64,000 nucleotides of DNA. Origin: an uncultured Eubacteriales bacterium (GTDB taxonomy: Bacteria; Bacillota; Clostridia; Christensenellales; CAG-314). The stretch's first letter is position 1. Every line of letters starts with the position of its first letter. The position numbers and the translations under genes are program-made. Location of the stretch: assembly GCA_949289125.1 (NCBI GenBank), contig CASEME010000018.1, positions 134,359 to 198,358 on the forward strand, written 5' to 3'. This document shows, one piece after another, positions 9,448-15,691 of the stretch. The notes beneath the pieces are model-generated. The model made no database searches. It was not told where the DNA came from and was given only the letters and a program-made list of their open reading frames with translations.

Positions 9448-10221
9448 ATGAGATATTATGTTGTATCTGATATACACGGATTTTACACCGAGCTAATCAC
9501 CACTTTGGAGGAAAAAGGATTTTTTGCAGACACGCAACCTCACAAACTTGTTATATGTGGAGATTTGTTTGACAGAGGCAAGCAAGCACTTCAACTACAA
9601 AAATTCATACTAGATCTAATAGAAAAAGATCAAGTTATCTTAATACGAGGTAATCACGAAGATTTGTTTGTAGACCTTCTTGCAAATTGGGACAAGGCTA
9701 GTTATCTTCATGGCTATCATAATTCCAATGGAACATTAGATACTGTATTGCAATTAACAAATAGTACATTTGTAGAATTATTAGAAAAAAATATTGAAAT
9801 ATTCACAAAAGCTAAAAACTCGCCATTTGTAAATAAAATTTTGCCATTAATGAAAGATTACTTTGAAACAAATAATTATATCTTTGTGCATGGTTGGATA
9901 CCTTGCAATCAAATACAACTATATCCGTATGCTAAAACACATAATAGACTAGTTAATTGGAGAAACGCAACAAAAGAACAATGGGATTTAGCTCGTTGGA
10001 CAAACGGTATGGAAGCAGCACATGATGGTATTATTGAGCACAACAAAACTATTGTTTGTGGACACTGGCACACTTCCTTTGGACATAGTTTTTATGAGAA
10101 AAAATGTAGCGAGTTTGGAGCAGACGCTGACTTTACACCTTATTACTCAAAAGGCATTATTGCTATTGATGCATGCACCGCTTATACCAGAAAAATAAAC
10201 TGCTTAATAATAGAAGATTAA
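9448..10221 (+). CDS. PPP-family metallophosphoesterase (Ser/Thr phosphatase / ApaH-like)
   Basis: 257 aa. Motifs VVSDIHG, CGDLFDRG, RGNHE, VHGW, CGHWH. AGGAG RBS upstream. Confidence 0.85.
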   Translation: MRYYVVSDIHGFYTELITTLEEKGFFADTQPHKLVICGDLFDRGKQALQLQKFILDLIEKDQVILIRGNHEDLFVDLLANWDKASYLHGYHNSNGTLDTVLQLTNSTFVELLEKNIEIFTKAKNSPFVNKILPLMKDYFETNNYIFVHGWIPCNQIQLYPYAKTHNRLVNWRNATKEQWDLARWTNGMEAAHDGIIEHNKTIVCGHWHTSFGHSFYEKKCSEFGADADFTPYYSKGIIAIDACTAYTRKINCLIIED

Positions 10222-10385
10222 AATTGAATAATTTTTCAAAATATTGTAAGTATGTTACAATGAGAATATTAAATTAGATTATTGGAATATTTATCCTTTC
10301 TTAATGAACGTATTGAAGACTTTGTAGTGGTAAAATTTTTGCATAAGCTCCAAAATGGTATTAATAGCATTTAGATTAAATTAAT

Positions 10386-10420
10386 GGCACTATTGTTCTT
10401 ATCAATAGTGCCTATTTGTA
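10386..10420. terminator. bidirectional intrinsic terminator
   Basis: Perfect 10-bp stem GGCACTATTG / CAATAGTGCC with T-rich flank, between convergent genes. Confidence 0.6.
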
Positions 10421-10460
10421 TTAACAAAATAGTTTGTATGCTCAGTTCACATTAAAGACT

Positions 10461-10977
10461 TTACAACACAATTTCGTATTTATAATCCTTCATGATTATA
10501 TCTGTTCCTCTTTTCTTATATGTGCTTTCACCTACAATTTTCCCGCCACATTTTTGAGCCACACGATTGGAAGCAGTATTTCCCTGACTTACATAAATAG
10601 TCACTTTCTCAGCCCCTTGACTACGAGCATAATCTATCATTGCTTGAGCAATTTCAGTCGCATAGCCTTGACACCAAAAATTCTTATGTACGCAATAAGC
10701 AATTATCGTACACCTTTTTGTCATCACTTATCACAAAACTACATGTCCCTACCCGTTCTAGCGAATTCTTAAAAACAGGGATCAAATAGCAACATTCCTC
10801 ATCCTCGCCTAGGCCTTCTAACATCTTCAAATAGTTCTCATCTATATCTTCTTTTGCTTCATCAGGCAAATATTGTCCCATCTCTGGATTGTTCCAGATA
10901 CTATATGCCCACAAAGCATCTTCTTTAGTGTATCCTCTTAATATAAGCCTTGAAGTTTCAATATCATTTATTTTCAT
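10461..10977 (-). pseudogene. GNAT (RimJ/RimL-like) N-acetyltransferase, split by a 1-nt frameshift
   Basis: ORFs 10684-10977 (MKINDIETSRLILRGYTKEDA...) and 10461-10727 (...IAYCVHKNFWCQGYATEIAQAMIDYA...) are the N- and C-halves of one GNAT. Removing one A in GATAATTGC (~10716) restores ...KKVYDIAYCVHKNFW. Confidence 0.8.
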
Positions 10978-11283
10978 AAAATCCTCCGTTAAATTATACT
11001 TTTCGCCATTGCTTCTTTTAGCAAGGTATTCTGTTCCGTTTCTTTATGATACGAATTGTCGCATAGTACGCCATCACAAATATGCTGTGTTCGCTCAATG
11101 CATTATTCAGTTTTTTGTTAGTTTACATAATCTATGTAAATGCTTAATAGCACCTCTATCATTAGAAGTAAGCATTGACAACACTTTTTTCAAAGACATT
11201 TATATTATGACTTGAATGTTTTTAGTAGTCAAGAGAATTATAAAAGTTTTGCATTAGTCACAAATATTTGACAATAATCAAAC

Positions 11284-11518
11284 TAAAAAGTTGCCCCACA
11301 GAGTGAAAAGTAAAGTAAAATGAATAACGAAGTAACTTTGTTACTATGCGATACTTTCTACTTTGTGGGGTCTATATAAATAACATTGAATAACAATTTT
11401 GCGGTCTATAACTCGTGAAAAAATTTGCTGCAGGGATTTTTCTAAAAGGGCAGGTATGCGTTTTAAGAGTGAAAAATAGGGCTATTTTCCGAGTGGGTAC
11501 TTTGCCCATTTATTCTGA
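11284..11518. repeat. copy 1 of a ~235-nt structured non-coding element (direct repeat of 14005-14243)
   Basis: Aligns along its whole length with 14005-14243. Identical blocks include gttactatgcgatactttctactttgtgggg, attgaataacaattttgcggtc and atgcgttttaag. Hairpin CCCCACAGAG...CTTTGTGGGG with inner stem AGTAAC/GTTACT. Confidence 0.8.
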
Positions 11519-11519
11519 C

Positions 11520-11552
11520 AACAAAAAGACAGTAGGCATATTGACCTACTGT
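11520..11552 (-). terminator. intrinsic terminator of the TAC operon
   Basis: Stem GACAGTAGG / CCTACTGTC followed on the minus strand by TTTTT. Lies 17 nt after the chaperone stop. Confidence 0.6.
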
Positions 11553-11568
11553 CTAATATTAATTTCAA

Positions 11569-11988
11569 CTAATTGATATTATTTTGATTATCCACCAATG
11601 CATTTACATCAATTGGGGGCATTATAATCGGCACCATTGCTGGTTGTGTTGTAATAAGTGAAACTTGACTTCTAATGTAAGGGAACATTATTGCAACTGT
11701 GTTTTTCTTCAAAATCTGCTCTGCTGTTGCATCATCAATGTTTTCTGCGTCTAACTTAAAATATCCTACCGTCTGTAAATAAACCCTTAAAGTATCTTCA
11801 TCATTTGTAATAGTTGTATCTATTGTCACTCTTACTTGATTTTTATTATCTTTTTTTTCAGCATATTTTACTGATATACTAGTTTTAAATTCTGTATCTT
11901 TTGTTTTCTTTTTTAATTCATATGACATCTGCGAAAACACTAAATCCTGCATTATTAATTTACTATTTACATTGTTATTTTCTTTCAT
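11569..11988 (-). CDS. SecB-like chaperone (TAC-system chaperone)
   Basis: C-terminal NTVAIMFPYIRSQVSLITTQPAMVPIIMPPIDVNAL matches the SecB hallmark (..LFPY.R..IS.L......PP..L.P.NF.AL). Preferred start ATG 11988 with AAGGTG RBS. Confidence 0.75.
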   Translation of the reverse strand: MKENNNVNSKLIMQDLVFSQMSYELKKKTKDTEFKTSISVKYAEKKDNKNQVRVTIDTTITNDEDTLRVYLQTVGYFKLDAENIDDATAEQILKKNTVAIMFPYIRSQVSLITTQPAMVPIIMPPIDVNALVDNQNNIN

Positions 11989-12002
11989 ATAATTCACCTT
12001 AA

Positions 12003-12392
12003 TTATGAATAACAAACTTCTGTTTTTTTAGGATCAAACGAGTTAGGCACATTACCTAAATAAGTATATCTAAACTTAAAAGCATCGGAAATTTTTTCTA
12101 CGAATTCATCATTGTTAATGAATTCATTAACCACTTCAACATGGTAAACTTTGTCCAAAATGCTTTTATCTTCTCTCATGAGAGTAAGTAATACTGCACT
12201 GCTTCCTTTTATTTTGTTTTTTCCTTGTTCCCATTTTTCAATAGTCTTTTTTGTAACACCCAAAATGTTTGCTAAAGCAATTTGTGTTAAATTATAATAC
12301 TCCCTAAATTCTTTTACATAGCTGGCATCAACATTGACATTTAACCTTTTGACTACTAATTTTTTGGCACTCAATAATCTCTTTATATTCAT
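12003..12392 (-). CDS. HigA/XRE-type antitoxin with C-terminal extension
   Basis: 129 aa. HTH NLTQIALANILGVTKKTIEKWEQGKNKIKGSSAVLLTLM followed by a ~45-aa tail. Start overlaps the toxin stop (TAATG). Confidence 0.8.
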   Translation of the reverse strand: MNIKRLLSAKKLVVKRLNVNVDASYVKEFREYYNLTQIALANILGVTKKTIEKWEQGKNKIKGSSAVLLTLMREDKSILDKVYHVEVVNEFINNDEFVEKISDAFKFRYTYLGNVPNSFDPKKTEVCYS

Positions 12393-12832
12393 TAAAAAGC
12401 CTCCCGTTTACTTATATTATACTCATCTATCAGCTTTTTTAGTTTGTTCATTGCTATTTTAGATATGTTTTCATCTTCACCATGAGCATGTCTGTATATA
12501 TGTAGAATAATTGCTATATTATCTTCACGATCTACCAACGTTATAACTCTGTAACCATTAGATTTACCCTTTTTTCTATAATTATCTTCTGTTCTTATTT
12601 TGCAACATGCAATTTTATAGTTTTCATTACACTGATACAATATAGAGTAAGTTTTTGATTTTCTATTAGCTTCTATCTCCGCTTGAACATTTTGTGCTAT
12701 CCGAATGAGTTCTTTTTCATCTATGTCTTTGCAATCTTTTTTTAAATTGAAAGGAGAATTAAGTAATTGTTCACTTATGTGATCTGGGTCATAAAATACT
12801 TGAAAATTTATTTTATTTGATATATTAATCAC
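12392..12832 (-). CDS. RelE/HigB-superfamily toxin
   Basis: 146 aa. KKGKSNGYRVITLVDREDNIAIILHIYRHAHGEDENIS resembles the K.GKSGGYRVI...I.LL.IY.K core of RelE/HigB toxins. First gene of a three-gene operon. Confidence 0.7.
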   Translation of the reverse strand: MINISNKINFQVFYDPDHISEQLLNSPFNLKKDCKDIDEKELIRIAQNVQAEIEANRKSKTYSILYQCNENYKIACCKIRTEDNYRKKGKSNGYRVITLVDREDNIAIILHIYRHAHGEDENISKIAMNKLKKLIDEYNISKREAF

Positions 12833-12848
12833 TCTCCTTTAATTATTA

Positions 12849-12863
12849 CCCTATTTAATAGGG
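12849..12863. promoter_or_regulatory. perfect palindrome upstream of the toxin gene (candidate antitoxin operator)
   Basis: CCCTATT-T-AATAGGG, 17 nt upstream of the toxin start codon. Confidence 0.4.
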
Positions 12864-13064
12864 CAATAACACTATAACATATCTTAAAAGAAAAGTAAAG
12901 TATTTTTCTCAATTTAGAAATCAATCAATTACAAATACATTTCATATAAAACAATATACTAATTTTAGATAAATTCAATATTGTTGTGCCATGATAGTAA
13001 ATTATAAATTTAATTTCAGCAAATATTTAAGACTTTGTAATCTAGTTCAGTAGCTCGTAATATC

Positions 13065-13535
13065 TTAAATATTCCCTTCGTATCTAGGACGAAAATAATA
13101 ATGCATTATTGCCTCAACTAGCTCAGTTGCCGCTTTGCCTTTGTCCTCTTTAATCAAAATATTTATTCTTTGTGTATTGGTCAAAATCCATTGTTTCACC
13201 GAAATATGATCTAATTGCATACTTTGATCTTTTAACAATGATTTTGCAAAAGTGCTTGGTGCACTGCAATTATAATGATGACTTACATATCTAGCATTTG
13301 ATTTAGGATTAACTTTACCAATTTTCATCACTGTATCGCCAAAGATAAAAAAATACACTGCACCATAACCTTTAGGCAAAGTCCTAGGTTGCACATGTGG
13401 ACAAGACATATCTTCCACATAATAATCACTTTCTGTTATTGGATAACCTAAACTAATAGATATTTCTTCAACAAACTTCATTATTTTAATGATTTTACTT
13501 TTCATCTTTTTACCTTTTAGATTTTTTTTCGTCAA
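13065..13535 (-). CDS. hypothetical protein, possibly GIY-YIG-like nuclease fold
   Basis: 156 aa. GAVYFFIFGDTVMKIGKV...SNARYVSHHYN...STFAKSLL...ATELVEAIMHYYF loosely fits GIY...YIG...R...H...E spacing. Start could be the internal M at 13505. The functional call is weak. Confidence 0.4.
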   Translation of the reverse strand: MTKKNLKGKKMKSKIIKIMKFVEEISISLGYPITESDYYVEDMSCPHVQPRTLPKGYGAVYFFIFGDTVMKIGKVNPKSNARYVSHHYNCSAPSTFAKSLLKDQSMQLDHISVKQWILTNTQRINILIKEDKGKAATELVEAIMHYYFRPRYEGNI

Positions 13536-13592
13536 CTAATTTAAAAATTCTAAACTAGTTATACATACACACTATTTTACAGTACAACAGGA

Positions 13593-13937
13593 TTACCTTT
13601 TCTTCAATTTGTGAGTATTTTCTTTATGCAAATGCCCATGAAAATGTACAGAATTTTGCCTTGACTTATTCTCGCTACTAAAATTGATACTAGTAGTAGT
13701 ATTTTTAACATTCGTTTTAGGTCCATAACGCAGTTCTAAGTACGCTGCATTTTTATCTGCTCGAGCGTTAGCAATTTTTAACTTTAGATTATCACGCTTG
13801 CGATCTTCAAATAATGATGTATTCTCCATTTTGTGTTCCAATTTATTAATTTTTTTACAAGCTTGACGATACTTATCTGCAGTTTTATTTCTGAATATCA
13901 TATTATGAATCATCCTTGTGACTTTATTATAACACAT
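13593..13937 (-). CDS. hypothetical small basic protein
   Basis: 114-aa ORF (possible later start MIHNMIF), lysine/arginine-rich with a His-rich tail HFHGHLHKENTHKLKKR. Lies 57 nt upstream of the 156-aa gene. Confidence 0.4.
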   Translation of the reverse strand: MCYNKVTRMIHNMIFRNKTADKYRQACKKINKLEHKMENTSLFEDRKRDNLKLKIANARADKNAAYLELRYGPKTNVKNTTTSINFSSENKSRQNSVHFHGHLHKENTHKLKKR

Positions 13938-14004
13938 AACTATGACAACTGTTTGACATAATTTTCAATAAAATAATAATTATTTTTATATCAAATATAG
14001 ATAT

Positions 14005-14243
14005 AAAAAGTTTCCCCACAAAGGGGAAAGGTAAGGCAAATTGAGTAACGGAGTGAGGTTGTTACTATGCGATACTTTCTACTTTGTGGGGGTTATAAAA
14101 ATAATATTGAATAACAATTTTGCGGTCCGTAACTCGTGGGGAAATTTGGGGTATGGGATTTTTCTAAAAAGGCAAGTATGCGTTTTAAGGGCGAGAAATA
14201 GGGCTATTTGCCGAGTAGGCATTTTCGCCCATTTTCTTCTGAC
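14005..14243. repeat. copy 2 of the ~235-nt structured non-coding element
   Basis: See copy 1. Hairpin CCCCACAAAG...CTTTGTGGGG (14014-14090) with inner AGTAAC-11nt-GTTACT. Homology to copy 1 ends exactly at ...ctgac (14243). Confidence 0.8.
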
Positions 14244-14281
14244 TCCGTCACTCGCAGGTTCAAATCCTGCTACCCTAGCCA
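14244..14281 (+). other. tRNA 3'-end fragment (T-arm + acceptor 3' strand + discriminator + CCA), att-like
   Basis: tccgtcactc GCAGG TTCAAAT CCTGC TACCCTA G CCA. I could not fold a canonical D-arm or anticodon arm upstream, so this is not an intact tRNA gene. Confidence 0.6.
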
Positions 14282-14318
14282 CAATTCAAGCGACATTTTG
14301 TATGTCGCACACACAAAA

Positions 14319-14347
14319 AGCGTGCAAATTCTGCACGCTTTTTTTTC
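14319..14347 (+). terminator. intrinsic terminator following the tRNA-like end
   Basis: AGCGTGCA-aattc-TGCACGCT followed by T8. Confidence 0.7.
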
Positions 14348-14425
14348 TCCCTTTTTGCTTACCTTCCCTTTTGCTTTAATGAACAGGACACATCAAAATG
14401 ATGTGACACTCGCATTGCTCGCTAT

Positions 14426-14465
14426 TCCGTCACTGCGTTCCTTACAGATCCTGCTGCCATTGCCA
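14426..14465 (+). repeat. decayed second copy of the tRNA 3'-end fragment
   Basis: tccgtcactgcgttccttacagatcctgctgccattgcca versus tccgtcactcgcaggttcaaatcctgctaccctagcca. The first 9 nt, atcctgct and the terminal gcca are shared. Confidence 0.45.
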
Positions 14466-14831
14466 TTTTGAGATGCTTTTTAGCTAATTTAACGCTAAAA
14501 CGCGTCTTTTTAATGATGACTTTCTACCGCCCTACCCAACATTGCAGATTTGTGGAATAAATTGTTGCTATTTTACAGTCATTGATTTTATTTATAATTA
14601 TAATGTTAATTTAGACAATTGACTTCCATGTATGAGCCGTCACCAGCCTTGTAAACTTATAATAGCCCAAATTGAAGCAGACGTTATATATCATGTCATT
14701 TATACTCGCTGACAATATTGCTTGCAATACTTTTATTACTTTCAAAAGTTGGTTTTTTGTAATATTTTCCTCTTATAAAAACTAATGATATTACCATTGT
14801 CTTAGTAACACATTCACCTTTTCTAATAGAT

Positions 14832-15444
14832 ATGAACTATCTTGACGAAATACGTGTAATATGCACCAAAGATGGTAGATGTTACATAAAGAATGACTTT
14901 TCTGCAGTTGATCCAGATGATCAAAATTCATTAAAGCCAATTAAAGAGGCATTAACAGTGCACAACCATATTTTGTTAGATCCAGACAAAAAGGTTGTTT
15001 TTGTAGAAGGAATAACCGATTACAATTATATGACGACCTTTACACAAATCCTAAACAAAAAAAGACATAGTCTTCCTGCCAATTAAAGGCGTAGGTGACA
15101 TAACTGACAGCTCCAATAAAGCTAAACAACAAGAAATTATCAAATAGCTGTTGAAAATAAGAAAAACCAAAATATTGCTAATGTTAGACGGTGATAAGGC
15201 TGGCAAAGATATGGAAAAAGCGTGCGAAGATACCGCATTACCAGCATTCAATCTATCTAAGGTTGATAGCAATTTCAAAACAATAGAAAATTTATTCGAT
15301 AAAGATGATATATCGAAGTTTGGCCTTAAAGAAAAACATGCAGGAACATCATCTTTATTAAAAAGCTTTGAAAAAGAAGATAGCTTTAGCAAAACAACTA
15401 TAGACAACTTCAAAAAACTATTCGATTATATTGATAACAACTAA
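14832..15444 (+). pseudogene. Toprim-domain (OLD / DUF4435-type) nuclease remnant
   Basis: ORFs 14832-15086 (..KKVVFVEGITDYNYM..) and 15151-15444 (..ILLMLDGDKAGKD..) carry the Toprim E and DxD motifs. They are joined only by a +1 shift at the A7 run 15057-15063, plus an in-frame TAG at 15145-15147. No N-terminal ATPase part is present. Confidence 0.6.
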
Positions 15445-15691
15445 CTCTTTAATGCAGCTCAAAGGTTTGTTTTTTGAGCTGCATTTACTATCACATTGAA
15501 AATTTAATTGCACTCTTCACTTCAATGATAATACAACACTATTGTTAGCCACACCACAGTCAACTTGGTGGATAGGCTTTTGCAAACGAAAAGGATTATT
15601 TTTTATTTTTTGCTATACTTATTGATAATCATTACTATTTGTAGTACAATTTGCTATATTTGCAAAAACAATTTTGCAATTTGGAGAACAA

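Noticed and set aside
14005-14281. Hypothesis that the repeated element plus tRNA-like end is tmRNA (ssrA), a classic island integration site.
   Set aside because: There is no GGGG...GGATTCGAC 5' region, no tag-peptide reading frame ending in a hydrophobic ..LAA-type tail, and no acceptor stem with the expected 5' partner at the element start. T-box (GGGTGGTACCGCG), retron and group II domain V signatures were also not seen.
14020-14375. Possible inverted repeat (GGGGAAAGGTAAGGCAAA at ~14022-14040 versus reverse complement of 14350-14372) that would make the tRNA-like segment a MITE-like unit.
   Set aside because: The similarity is confined to short purine-rich low-complexity strings next to a T-run terminator, so chance resemblance is likely.
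14041-14471. Three overlapping ORFs (14041-14379 +, 14079-14282 -, 14208-14471 +) across repeat copy 2 and the tRNA-like end.
   Set aside because: They are mutually overlapping, have no RBS, and read through a tRNA T-arm and a terminator hairpin. The equivalent frames are not conserved in repeat copy 1. The region is treated as non-coding.
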